DNA of 64,000 nucleotides from Phycisphaerales bacterium (GCA_965227775.1 OZ245777.1:1-64000); one strand, 5' to 3'; positions 9,565-18,725 are shown, counted from the first letter of the stretch. Program-made: numbers and translations. Notes: a model not told the origin generated them from the sequence alone.

Positions 9565-9989
9565 TGCGTCGCCATTTGAACCTTCACCAGCGCGGCATGA
9601 CGCTCGTCGAGGTGCTGGCCGTCGTCGTGCTCCTGGGCATCTTGGCCGCCACGCTGACGGTGGGCCTGACCGCCGCGTTCGGTCAGGGCAAGCGCGAGCT
9701 TGCGCGAACGGCGATCGCGGGCGCCAAGGCCAAGGTCGAGATGTACCACGTCTCCGAGGGGAATTGGCCCGAGAGCCTCCAGGACCTCGTCGATGCGCCG
9801 CCCTCGGCCAGCTACCACCTGCCCGCGGATGCCGCCCGGGACCCCTGGGGCTCCATGATGCAGCTCGTCGTGCCGGGCCCGCAAGGCCAGCCGTTCGAAA
9901 TCATCAGCCTCGGCGGTGACGGCCGGGTCGGTGGCGCCGGCGAAAACGCGGATCTGAGCTCGGTAGCGCTGCGGGAGACCAGGGAGTGA
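9564..9989 (+). CDS. gspG: Major pseudopilin GspG
   Basis: Start at ATG 9564 (TGATG overlap with gspF); RG|MTLVEVLAVV prepilin motif; DPWG and SLGGDGRVGGAGENADL GspG signatures. Confidence 0.9.
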   Translation: MRRHLNLHQRGMTLVEVLAVVVLLGILAATLTVGLTAAFGQGKRELARTAIAGAKAKVEMYHVSEGNWPESLQDLVDAPPSASYHLPADAARDPWGSMMQLVVPGPQGQPFEIISLGGDGRVGGAGENADLSSVALRETRE

Positions 9990-10369
9990 AGGATCCGCGC
10001 GCCCATCGGGGGTCTTCGCTCGTCGAGACGCTGGCCACGTGCGCGCTCGTCGCCCTCGCGATGGCGATGGGTGCTGCTCTGCTCGCCGGTGCGGGTGATC
10101 CAATTCCCAGGGCTGAGCAGACGCTCCTCGAGGTCCATGGTGTGGCCCGGCTGGTCGCAATGAGCGATGGGCCGGCCACGATCCAATTGGAGCGAGGAAC
10201 GCTGGTGGTCCGCGACGGGAGGGGCGACCTCGTCGTGGAGCGCGACTGGCCCGAGGATGTCCACAGTACGGCCTTGATCGAGAGCGTTCGTATCGATCGT
10301 CACGGCAGGAGCGAAGCACGCTCCATCAGACTCGTGCACGGAGCCCGACGCGTGGAGATCGTTCCGTGA
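9986..10369 (+). CDS. Minor pseudopilin (GspH-like)
   Basis: HRG|SSLVETLA prepilin-like N-terminus with E5; position after gspG. Confidence 0.7.
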   Translation: MKDPRAHRGSSLVETLATCALVALAMAMGAALLAGAGDPIPRAEQTLLEVHGVARLVAMSDGPATIQLERGTLVVRDGRGDLVVERDWPEDVHSTALIESVRIDRHGRSEARSIRLVHGARRVEIVP

Positions 10370-10716
10370 CCCGCTCCGGCCTGACACTGCTCGAAGTCGT
10401 GCTCGCAACCGCGCTGCTCGCGTTGGCGACCGTTGCGATCGCATCGGTTATGTCTGCAATCCCGACGCCCTCAGATACGAGCTCGCACTTCACACCTGGC
10501 TTCGCATCCAGCATCGACGACGTGCTCCGTGATCCCTCCCGGTACGAACTCAATCTCGGGGAGATCGCCAAGATCGGCTTGGGCGAGTTCGACCTGGGCG
10601 ACAGGCCCATCCAGGTTTCGCTCCAGGCTCGAAGCGGTCGTGGCGCGTGGCTCGAGTTCAGCAACGGAGTCCAGTCCACCGCGAGATGGATTCTCATGCC
10701 TCAGGAGAGCCCATGA
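10366..10716 (+). CDS. Minor pseudopilin (GspI-like)
   Basis: RSG|LTLLEVVLA prepilin motif; 4-bp overlaps on both sides. Confidence 0.75.
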   Translation: MTRSGLTLLEVVLATALLALATVAIASVMSAIPTPSDTSSHFTPGFASSIDDVLRDPSRYELNLGEIAKIGLGEFDLGDRPIQVSLQARSGRGAWLEFSNGVQSTARWILMPQESP

Positions 10717-11111
10717 GGCGCGCATTCACGCTGCTGGAAGTGCTCCTCGCACTCGCGCTCACCGCCCTCGCCGCGACCGGGGCGACCGCGGTTCTGGTGC
10801 CCTTGCTTTCCGACGCGCCCTCGATCGCCGCCGACATCGAGGCACGATCGAAGTCCGCCTCAGTTCTCGACCAGATCAGCTGTGACCTGCTCATCGAGCA
10901 CGAGTCGATGCCGCGCCGCCGCGTCGAGGTCGGACCGGGGTGGCTCCAGCTGATCACCCGGACCGAGGGACGCACTGTCACGATCCGTTACGACGCGGGT
11001 TCACTGCTCGTTGACACATTCGAAGCCGAGTTGCGTGATACCGATCGCCGTCTGCTTGTTCGCGTGGGTGATCGTGGTGCGATGATCGAGCGGGAGTATC
11101 GAGTCCCATGA
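10713..11111 (+). CDS. Minor pseudopilin (GspJ-like)
   Basis: ATG 10713; MRRA|FTLLEVLLAL prepilin motif. Confidence 0.75.
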   Translation: MRRAFTLLEVLLALALTALAATGATAVLVPLLSDAPSIAADIEARSKSASVLDQISCDLLIEHESMPRRRVEVGPGWLQLITRTEGRTVTIRYDAGSLLVDTFEAELRDTDRRLLVRVGDRGAMIEREYRVP

Positions 11112-11974
11112 GGCCTTGCATGCACGATGGGCGAGCGGTGGTGCTCTTGCTGGTTCTGGCGTTGGTCGCCGGAGCCGTGCCAATCATCGTCCTCGCGGTG
11201 TCACGTTCAACCGCCGCCGTGCAGCGCACCCGGTCATTCGACGACGCTGCGATCGCCGACGACCTGCTTGTAGCGTGCTCGGCGCCGATCCGAGACTGGC
11301 TCCGACGGGACGCCAACGGCGTCGTCCAGTCCACGCGATCCACAGAGCCGGTCGTACCCGTGCTCTCGGACCGCTTCGAATTCGACGGCCGCTCCATCGA
11401 GTTGGTCACCACCGCGTGGGATCTCCAGGGCATGCTGCCAGCAGATGCGTTCCGCGCTGGAACACCCCTGCGGCTCACGCTGCCCGAAGACGTCCGGCGC
11501 CGCTTGGATGAGTTGACCGCTGATCCTACAGGACTCGACAACATCCAGTCGAGAGATGGCGGCCGCCGGGTGTTTCCCTCGCCCGGACCAGGTGTGACGG
11601 CTGTCGGCGCATACGTCAGCACGTCTGCGCGGCCATCTGCAAAACCAGTCGTGCGGCTCAATGTCAACACGACGCCCGCGCCGCTCCTTGAGAACGCGAT
11701 GCGACTGACGGGGCGTGGAGGCTTCGACGAGATCATGGAACGCCGTGCGCGCGGCGAGCCGGGCGGTCCACCACCGCTACCGGTTCGCGAGCTAGACGGA
11801 TCGCCACGGGTGGCACTGGGAGGGTCCAGCGGCAGTTGGGGTATCCGCATCGACATCCGTGTCGATTCGGTTCGTCGCTCGTGGTGGACGGTCTGGACGC
11901 GTGTGAGCGGCGACTGGGTGCTCCAGCGACGTACGCCGATCCTGTGGGAGCCCCATCCGGAGCACGCGCCATGA
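11108..11974 (+). CDS. Minor pseudopilin (GspK-like)
   Basis: Hydrophobic N-terminus without E5 (RAVVLLLVLALV) and LNVNTTPAPLL motif typical of GspK; position after the GspJ-like gene. Confidence 0.7.
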   Translation: MRPCMHDGRAVVLLLVLALVAGAVPIIVLAVSRSTAAVQRTRSFDDAAIADDLLVACSAPIRDWLRRDANGVVQSTRSTEPVVPVLSDRFEFDGRSIELVTTAWDLQGMLPADAFRAGTPLRLTLPEDVRRRLDELTADPTGLDNIQSRDGGRRVFPSPGPGVTAVGAYVSTSARPSAKPVVRLNVNTTPAPLLENAMRLTGRGGFDEIMERRARGEPGGPPPLPVRELDGSPRVALGGSSGSWGIRIDIRVDSVRRSWWTVWTRVSGDWVLQRRTPILWEPHPEHAP

Positions 11975-12456
11975 ATCGGCTGACGCACGAACGGGTACTG
12001 ACGGTGTCCGTCGGCGCGGTCGGGCTGGCCACATGCGCCGCGGTCATGTGGTGGGCCAGCCAGCCAAGCCCGCCGATCGAGCTATCAACAATTGCGGCAG
12101 CTGCGGATGACGCGGGCCGCACTACGCGGATCGCAATGAAAGCAAGCTGGTTCGACCGAGACCTGTGGTTTGAGCGATCCCTCGCCCAGCCCGAAGCGCC
12201 CGCAAGAGTCGAAGAGCCTCCAGAATGGGAACAGCCACCGAAGCGTCCCGTTATCGCTCTGACGCTCGTTGCGATCATCCGGCAAGGCGACACGCTTTCG
12301 GCGGCTCTCTACGACCCCAGCAAAAAACAGATCGTCTTCGTCGATCCCGATTCTCGGATCGGCGATGCCTTGGTCCAGAGGATCACTGATCAAGCCGTCG
12401 TGCTTGAGCTCCACGGACGAGAAGAGCAGCTTGCACTACAAGAGAAAGGCCGATGA
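11971..12456 (+). CDS. GspC/PilP-like protein (TM anchor plus HR-type beta domain)
   Basis: ATG 11971; one TM segment, Pro-rich linker, LTLVAII...AALYD...IGDALVQRITDQAVVL...EEQLAL pattern. Confidence 0.65.
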   Translation: MNRLTHERVLTVSVGAVGLATCAAVMWWASQPSPPIELSTIAAAADDAGRTTRIAMKASWFDRDLWFERSLAQPEAPARVEEPPEWEQPPKRPVIALTLVAIIRQGDTLSAALYDPSKKQIVFVDPDSRIGDALVQRITDQAVVLELHGREEQLALQEKGR

Positions 12457-13331
12457 AGATGGCTTGGTCACACGACACCGCATCAGCAGGAACGACCAAC
12501 GTGCCGGAGGCATGGGCGTACGGTGCTGTCGTCGCTCGGCCGCCCGGGCGACTCCGCCGCAAGACCGTGGCCTTCGCTGCCGAGGGATTGATGCCGCGGT
12601 CGCTGGGCGACCTTGCGATCGCCTGGAGATCGGACCGGCGCCGACTCATCGTGCTCGCGGTCGATCGCGAACTCGCAGACGATTGGCTGAACGATCGAAG
12701 GACAAGCGCCAAGCCTGCTTCTTTGCCTGACTCCATCACCCGCGAAACCAGCGATCTGCATGCGGATCGGTTCGAGTTCCTCCAGGGACCGTTCACGCCG
12801 GCGAGCGTGCGACGCCAGCGTGCCCTCCGTCGAGTGATCGTGGCCATGGCACTTGCCATGAGCCTGCTCATGTACTCGATTGGGGCGTACTGGCGCGCTG
12901 GAGCAGCCCGCGAAGACGCTGCCGCAATCGACGCCCAGACAGAACGCCTCATCGCAGATGCCATCTCATCGATTCCAAGTGGGCTCGCGCCGGACCTCGC
13001 ACTCGCGGCCGAGATTCGCCGGCTCGAAGCGATGAACAGCTACACCGACATCAATGTCGCAATCGATAGTCGCCAGGCGCTCTCATCACTGCTGTCGCAA
13101 TGGCCAATCGAATTCGAGGCGCAGGTTGAGCGACTCGAAGTGAAGGGACACAGTGTGGCCCTTTACGCCGTCTTGTCCAGCCGACAACAAGCGTTGGCGT
13201 TCGCCAACTCGATGGCGCGCTTTGACGGCTTTAGTACCGAACTCCCACGCATCGATACGCAGAACCGGCAAGGCGGCCAAATTGTACGACTGGCACTGGG
13301 TCTCGAGCACAAAGGGGGTACCTCACAGTGA
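12453..13331 (+). CDS. GspL/PilN-like inner-membrane protein
   Basis: Central TM segment preceded by an Arg-rich stretch, then a coiled coil and a ferredoxin-like C-terminus; operon position. Confidence 0.6.
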   Translation: MKMAWSHDTASAGTTNVPEAWAYGAVVARPPGRLRRKTVAFAAEGLMPRSLGDLAIAWRSDRRRLIVLAVDRELADDWLNDRRTSAKPASLPDSITRETSDLHADRFEFLQGPFTPASVRRQRALRRVIVAMALAMSLLMYSIGAYWRAGAAREDAAAIDAQTERLIADAISSIPSGLAPDLALAAEIRRLEAMNSYTDINVAIDSRQALSSLLSQWPIEFEAQVERLEVKGHSVALYAVLSSRQQALAFANSMARFDGFSTELPRIDTQNRQGGQIVRLALGLEHKGGTSQ

Positions 13332-13852
13332 TCGCTCGGATCAGCAATGTGATCTTCCTATTGCTACTCATCGCAGCGATGGTCTTCGCCCTTTATACCA
13401 CTATCGAGTGGCGTGATGCAGTTTCACTTCGCGAGAGTGCAACCCACTCGTTCGAGCGGGCGTCAGATCAGTTCGTCAAGGCCGCCACGCTCCGAGCCAA
13501 GTTGGATCGAGATCGAGTGTGCACGACGGGTAAGCGCGCCGATGCCCTGTCCGAGATAGCCGATACGTTTGCAACTGCCGGGCTTTCCGAACGGTCCATG
13601 TCATCCCTTGAAGAGCAAAGCGATGCCTCCATCCCTGACTCGAGGCTGCGGCGCCAGACCCTGCGGCTGCGGCTGGCCAGTGTGTCGCCTGCGTCGCTTG
13701 GCGTGTTCCTTATCAGGCTCTACGAAGATCGACCGCACTGGATCGTGACGAGCCTCGAATTCACGCGCCCCCAGGGGGGCCAAGGCAACGCGTATGACGT
13801 GGCCGTGTTGATGGTCAGGACGTATCAACCAGGGGAGGAGGAACAGCGATGA
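13328..13852 (+). CDS. GspM/PilO-like protein
   Basis: N-terminal TM, coiled coil, LRLRLASVSPASLGVFLIRL...VTSLEF pattern; follows the GspL-like gene. Confidence 0.6.
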   Translation: MIARISNVIFLLLLIAAMVFALYTTIEWRDAVSLRESATHSFERASDQFVKAATLRAKLDRDRVCTTGKRADALSEIADTFATAGLSERSMSSLEEQSDASIPDSRLRRQTLRLRLASVSPASLGVFLIRLYEDRPHWIVTSLEFTRPQGGQGNAYDVAVLMVRTYQPGEEEQR

Positions 13853-14433
13853 GGGTTTTTCGGTCTTGGCCCGCAGGGTTGATGGTCCCTGCCCTCTCAA
13901 TGGGCTTGGCGGGATGCAATTCACCATCTCCGAGCCCGTACGTCGAGCAACCGTCCATTCGACGGGACACCGAGCAGGCGCAGCGCCTTGCAAGCGACGC
14001 CGTTGAGATCATGGTTGGGGATCCAACCCGAGCGGAGGCGTTGTTTCGGGATGCCCTCGCCGCCGATCTTTACCACGGACCTTCGCACAACAACCTCGGG
14101 GTCCTCCTGCTTGCACGCGGGCAGCTCTACGAGGCGGCGAACGAGTTCCAGTGGGCCCGCCGCCTGATGCCCGGCCACCCGGACCCGCGTATGAATCTCG
14201 CGCTGACGCTCGAGAAAGCCGGACGGATCGACGAAGCGATCGCTCAGTATCGGCGGGCGCTCGAGGTGCATCCCAACCACAGGCCGACCGTGCAAGCTCT
14301 CACACGGCTCGAGATCCGAGCCGGTCGCGACACGGACGAGACTGTGGGGCGTCTGAGTACGCTCGCGTTGGAAGGCGAGACTCATGAGTGGCGGACGTGG
14401 GCCCAGCAGCAGCTGGTGTTGCCAGGCCCTTGA
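13849..14433 (+). CDS. TPR lipoprotein, possible PilF/PilW-type pilotin
   Basis: Lipobox LAGC; TPR motifs (HNNLGVLL, RMNLALTLEKAGRIDEAIAQYRRALEVHP). Confidence 0.8.
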   Translation: MRVFRSWPAGLMVPALSMGLAGCNSPSPSPYVEQPSIRRDTEQAQRLASDAVEIMVGDPTRAEALFRDALAADLYHGPSHNNLGVLLLARGQLYEAANEFQWARRLMPGHPDPRMNLALTLEKAGRIDEAIAQYRRALEVHPNHRPTVQALTRLEIRAGRDTDETVGRLSTLALEGETHEWRTWAQQQLVLPGP

Positions 14434-14460
14434 GGCAACTTGGTGATAAGGTTACCTCTG

Positions 14461-15048
14461 ATGCCGGAAGACTCGCCTGTACATCGCGGCACGGTAACGA
14501 GGCTGCTTGATGCCTCGCGAGGCGGAGATCGAGTCGCCATGGACGACTTGTTCGATCGCGTCTACGACGAGCTCAAGCAGATCGCTCGGAGGTTGACCTC
14601 TGAGGTACCGGTACGGGCCGACCTCGACCCCGCGGTCCTGGTTAACATGGCGTGCGAAAGGCTATTGGCCTCAGAAAACCTCAACGCAGAAGATCGCCGC
14701 CACTTCTTTTTCGTGTTCGGACGGGCGATGCATGATGTGGTCGTCGAGCAAGCGCGGCGAGCGGCAACCAAGAAGCGCACGCCATCACCTGGGTCACATC
14801 CGACCGTTGATGACTTGGTGCACATCGATCGCACGAGACTCACGCTCGACCGCCTGAATGCGTTGATCCAGGAGCTTCATGCCGTCGATGCGGAAGCTGC
14901 CGATGTGCTGCGACTCACGTACGTTTCCGGGCGTTCGCTCCGGCAGATCGAGGACGACCTCGGCCTGTCGTTTGGGGTCGTCAGGGGCCGATTGGCGTAT
15001 GCCAAGGCCTGGCTCGCCGAACGCATTGACCAGCATCAGGACTCGTAG
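14461..15048 (+). CDS. ECF sigma factor, TIGR02999/kinase-associated type
   Basis: VTRLL...GDRVAMDDLFDRVYDELKQIARR...RRHFF...RAM..VVVEQARR...KKR; C-terminal sigma4 HTH ending AKAWL. Alternative TTG start at 14440. Confidence 0.9.
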   Translation: MPEDSPVHRGTVTRLLDASRGGDRVAMDDLFDRVYDELKQIARRLTSEVPVRADLDPAVLVNMACERLLASENLNAEDRRHFFFVFGRAMHDVVVEQARRAATKKRTPSPGSHPTVDDLVHIDRTRLTLDRLNALIQELHAVDAEAADVLRLTYVSGRSLRQIEDDLGLSFGVVRGRLAYAKAWLAERIDQHQDS

Positions 15049-15131
15049 TCAGCTCAGTAACAAATTGTTGGCGCACAGGCAGCCACCGATCTCGGTGGGT
15101 TACCTGTGAAGCGCGAGAGGTTCCGTCTGCA

Positions 15132-17321
15132 ATGACAGCAAACCACGACGAGCGAAGCCTGTTCTTGGCAGCACTGGCGCTCCCGGCTGGAGATCGGGAA
15201 GCGTTTCTTGATGGTGCGTGCACGTCTTCCGAGCAGCGACGGCGCATCGAGAGCCTGCTTCGGCACCACGAGGAAGGGACCATCGCGTTTCTCAAAGAGC
15301 AGGACCGGGAGATCGACGAATCCATCGCCGAGCCCGAACCACCCTTCGAGCTCGACGAGTTTCGTGTCATCAAGGAGCTCGGGCGCGGCGGTATGGGCAT
15401 CGTGTATCTCGCTGAGGACACGATCCTCAAGCGTGATGTAGCCATCAAGGTCTTGTCGCCTGGCCTCGCTCGTTCCGCCCGGCTGCTCGCGAGCTTCCAG
15501 CAGGAGGCCGTGCATGTATCGCGGCTCTCGCATCCGGCGATCATTCAAGTCCACCGCTTTGGCCGAACTAATGACCTCCACTTCATCGTATCGCAGTACG
15601 TTCGCGGCAAGACCCTACGAGCTCTGATCGACGCGAAGACACGAGGTGATCGTGCAACCGAATCGACGTCGGAATCACACCGAGGGTGGACGAAGCAATG
15701 TGCATCGATCCTCGCGACCATCGCCGAAGCCCTTGCCCAGGCGCACTCGGCCGGCATCGTCCATCGCGATATCAAACCATCGAACATCATGCGAGCCGAC
15801 GACGGCTCAGCGAAGCTGCTCGACTTTGGCATCGCGATCCGAAACACCGCCAGCCCACTGCTCGCCCCGCCAATAGACGCCGGTACCGTGGCGTACATGA
15901 GCCCAGAGCATGCCAGGGTCGAGGGCATGGAGATCGACGGCCGGAGCGACGTGTTCTCTCTTGGCGTCGTGCTCTACGAGGTGCTCACCGGGTCGCTGCC
16001 CTTCCAAGGCACCGACCAAGCCCAAGTGCTCGAGGCGATTCAGCAGGCAAGTCCAACGCCGGTGCGTCGCAAGGCGCCATCGGTGCCACGGGACCTCGAG
16101 GTTATCTGTCACAAAGCGCTCGAAAAGGACCCAGCGGATCGATATCAGAGCGCAGCACACCTGGGCGCTGACCTGCGATGCTGGTTGCGCGGAGCTCCGA
16201 TCCTCGCTCGTCCCGAGTCCTCTCTCGACAAGGCCAAGCGATATGTGCGATCGCATCGATCGGTCGCCGCGGCGGTTGCCGCAGTCCTGCTTGCCGCTGG
16301 AGGGGCCGCCGCACTGGCCACGCATCTTTCCGACACGAGGCCGCGCATCCGTATTGCGAACGTCCCGCGAGGTGCTGAGGTGCTCGTGCAAGAGATCGAT
16401 CTCGAAACCGGCTTGGTGCGATCTTCCAGCCGCAAGGTTGACGAGAGCTTCAGGCTTGAGCCCGGATTCTACAGGATTACCGTCACCGGACCAGATGGTG
16501 AGTCAGCCGAGCTCACGCAATTGCTGGTCGAAGGGGCTTCGGTTGCACTCTCAGTCAACCCTTCCCGGCCCGCCGATGTGGCGCAGGACATGGTCCGGTT
16601 TGATCCGATCAGCAATCCCGTATTGCAGACGGCGCCGGAAGCCTATCGGGAGCTGCTCGATCCACCACCAGGACCCTACCTGATTGATCGCTACGAGGTC
16701 TCCAATGGCGAGTACGAAGCTTTCATGCTCGCCAGCACTGAGAGCGTGCCGCCGCCTCCTTTGTGGCAGGGTCGCCGATGTCCACCGGAGATGCGAGACC
16801 TGCCGGTTGTCGGCGTGACCCTGGCAGAAGCGCAAGCGTACGCACGATGGAAGGGAAAGCGGCTGCCGACCGTTGCGGAGTGGGTATACGCAGCTCGAGC
16901 ACAGTCCGGTCGACTCTATCCCCGGGGGTCAGATCAGGCTGCTGCAGCAAACCTCGGGGTGACATTCCTAGACCGGCGATTGATCGACCTGTCGGCGTCT
17001 ATGCCCGTCGGTTCACCGGCGGCAAGGAATGGCTACCTCCAGAACGCCCTCCCCACGCGAGGCCCGCTTCCACCAGCAAATTCTGCGGACATCACGCCGG
17101 AAGGCATGTACTTCATGTACGGCAACGTCCGTGAGTGGACCGAGACGATCCCTTACTTCGAAGGCGTGGCCAATTTCGCTGCGCGATACACGTGCGGTCA
17201 CGCCTGGGACATGCCGAACTTCATCCCTCCCACGTTTCCAGGGCGCTCGATTCCAGAGCAGCTCGTGTCAGATCGTCTCAATGGGCTCGGATTTCGTTGT
17301 GCAAAAAGCCTTTCACCGTAA
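15132..17321 (+). CDS. Hanks-type Ser/Thr protein kinase with TM segment and C-terminal FGE-sulfatase (SUMF1) domain
   Basis: LGRGGMGIVY, VAIK, HRDIKPSN, DFG, GTVAYMSPE; TM AAAVAAVLLAAGGAAALA; IDRYEVSN, PVVGVT, RLPTVAEW, GNVREW, LGFRC. Confidence 0.95.
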   Translation: MTANHDERSLFLAALALPAGDREAFLDGACTSSEQRRRIESLLRHHEEGTIAFLKEQDREIDESIAEPEPPFELDEFRVIKELGRGGMGIVYLAEDTILKRDVAIKVLSPGLARSARLLASFQQEAVHVSRLSHPAIIQVHRFGRTNDLHFIVSQYVRGKTLRALIDAKTRGDRATESTSESHRGWTKQCASILATIAEALAQAHSAGIVHRDIKPSNIMRADDGSAKLLDFGIAIRNTASPLLAPPIDAGTVAYMSPEHARVEGMEIDGRSDVFSLGVVLYEVLTGSLPFQGTDQAQVLEAIQQASPTPVRRKAPSVPRDLEVICHKALEKDPADRYQSAAHLGADLRCWLRGAPILARPESSLDKAKRYVRSHRSVAAAVAAVLLAAGGAAALATHLSDTRPRIRIANVPRGAEVLVQEIDLETGLVRSSSRKVDESFRLEPGFYRITVTGPDGESAELTQLLVEGASVALSVNPSRPADVAQDMVRFDPISNPVLQTAPEAYRELLDPPPGPYLIDRYEVSNGEYEAFMLASTESVPPPPLWQGRRCPPEMRDLPVVGVTLAEAQAYARWKGKRLPTVAEWVYAARAQSGRLYPRGSDQAAAANLGVTFLDRRLIDLSASMPVGSPAARNGYLQNALPTRGPLPPANSADITPEGMYFMYGNVREWTETIPYFEGVANFAARYTCGHAWDMPNFIPPTFPGRSIPEQLVSDRLNGLGFRCAKSLSP

Positions 17322-17340
17322 GCACCCTCGGAGCAGTTGA

Positions 17341-17895
17341 ATGCCGATTGCGAATCTTCATGCGGCGAGTTTGTCATTCCACCTACGAGTCATTGATGCG
17401 GTCGCCATGTCAGAGCATCAGGAGCTCGTCATGGGGCGCTTCGCCGAGTTCATCCTCGCATACGATGGCGACCTATCGAAGGGCCAAGCATGGCTCAACG
17501 TGCCGTTTAAGGCACACCACGATTGGGCAAAGAATCTTGCACACGGTGGTGGCCAGTATGACCCAGCAGCATTTCGGCTTGCTTATGCCAAAGTGTGCTC
17601 GGAAGTCTTCTTCCTGGACACTGTCGCCCCGGTCTCTGGCGTACCGCATCCAGCTCCGGGGGCATGGGCGGCTTCATCGCTTCGCGCCCAACCCATGACT
17701 CCGCTGGCCTCGTGGTATGTTTGGGAGTTTGACAGCAACACCGGCAAGTGGGTTCGGCAGTGCTACGCCGACTTCGATGTAATCGACCCTTCTGGCGACG
17801 CCAACATCTCGCCGATCATTGAGATCGGGGGAGTCATCGTCGCAACCATCGGAGTTCGGCTGGCATATGGCGATGCGGAAGGACTTACTCAGTAG
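17341..17895 (+). CDS. Hypothetical protein (alternative start ATG 17407)
   Basis: Open frame with protein-like, aromatic-rich composition directly after the kinase. Confidence 0.65.
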   Translation: MPIANLHAASLSFHLRVIDAVAMSEHQELVMGRFAEFILAYDGDLSKGQAWLNVPFKAHHDWAKNLAHGGGQYDPAAFRLAYAKVCSEVFFLDTVAPVSGVPHPAPGAWAASSLRAQPMTPLASWYVWEFDSNTGKWVRQCYADFDVIDPSGDANISPIIEIGGVIVATIGVRLAYGDAEGLTQ

Positions 17896-17945
17896 CTTGC
17901 GAGCGCAAGATCACCTACTCAGCATGGTTCCGAAGTGAGCTACGC

Positions 17946-18725
17946 TCAATCGAGCGCCGACAGATTTACTGAAACCAATCGCTTGAACAACTCACCGTTG
18001 GAATGCACACCGAGCTTCTGATACAGATGCTTGATGTGGTCACTGATGGTATTCGTGCTGCGATCGGCAATTTTGGCCATCGAGCGACGCGACTCGCCGG
18101 ACAACAACCATCTGGCTACCTGCAACTCCATGGGGGTGAGCATCGTCTTCCTTGAGACACCGTTTGGAAATGCACCCTCAATCACCTTCGCCGCGTGCGT
18201 CATCACACAACTGAGCATCATTCGCGACGTCGCATACGCATCACCCGAGAGCCCTTGCCACGTCGCCTCCACAACAGTTCCGAAATCGGTCAGGTGAACG
18301 GAAGAAAGCGAGTCCATTGGGATGAAACCGGTTAGCGTGCCGGGACCCAACAGAGACGCTGCGAGCTCTGACCTTTGGGCGCGAAATGTTCGGGTGATTC
18401 CAGTGGGAGGTAGTGGCTGTTGCACAACAGTGCTGGAGAAGGAACGTGTGTGATTCGGCTGATTCTCGGACACGCTGCAACCAGCAACTACGACGTTCCA
18501 CGAGTGTTCGCTCTCCCATGATCCGATGGCCACGACCACATCGCAATGCTCCTCAGTGACGAGCGCGAGGGCAGTAGATACAGCGCACGTGACGCGCGGA
18601 GAGGGCACCAGAGGAATTCGGCTCAGAGCACCGATGACTCGGGCGGTTCGCTCGAGAGTCTCGTGTCTATTCGGCCAGTCCGAGTTATCAGTCGGCTCCA
18701 TTTGCCTACTTGGCATCTGTGACAT
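17946..18725 (-). CDS. LuxR-family C-terminal HTH transcriptional regulator
   Basis: LTPMELQVARWLLSGESRRSMAKIADRSTNTISDHIKHLYQKLGVHS; GGAG before ATG 18725. Confidence 0.8.
   Translation of the reverse strand: MSQMPSRQMEPTDNSDWPNRHETLERTARVIGALSRIPLVPSPRVTCAVSTALALVTEEHCDVVVAIGSWESEHSWNVVVAGCSVSENQPNHTRSFSSTVVQQPLPPTGITRTFRAQRSELAASLLGPGTLTGFIPMDSLSSVHLTDFGTVVEATWQGLSGDAYATSRMMLSCVMTHAAKVIEGAFPNGVSRKTMLTPMELQVARWLLSGESRRSMAKIADRSTNTISDHIKHLYQKLGVHSNGELFKRLVSVNLSALD

Noticed and set aside
17150..17340. Kinase FGE-sulfatase C-terminus as a DGR variable region
   Set aside because: FGE/CLec domains are common DGR targets, but I see no template repeat, adenine-specific near-duplicate or reverse transcriptase in the window. 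A remote DGR cannot be excluded.
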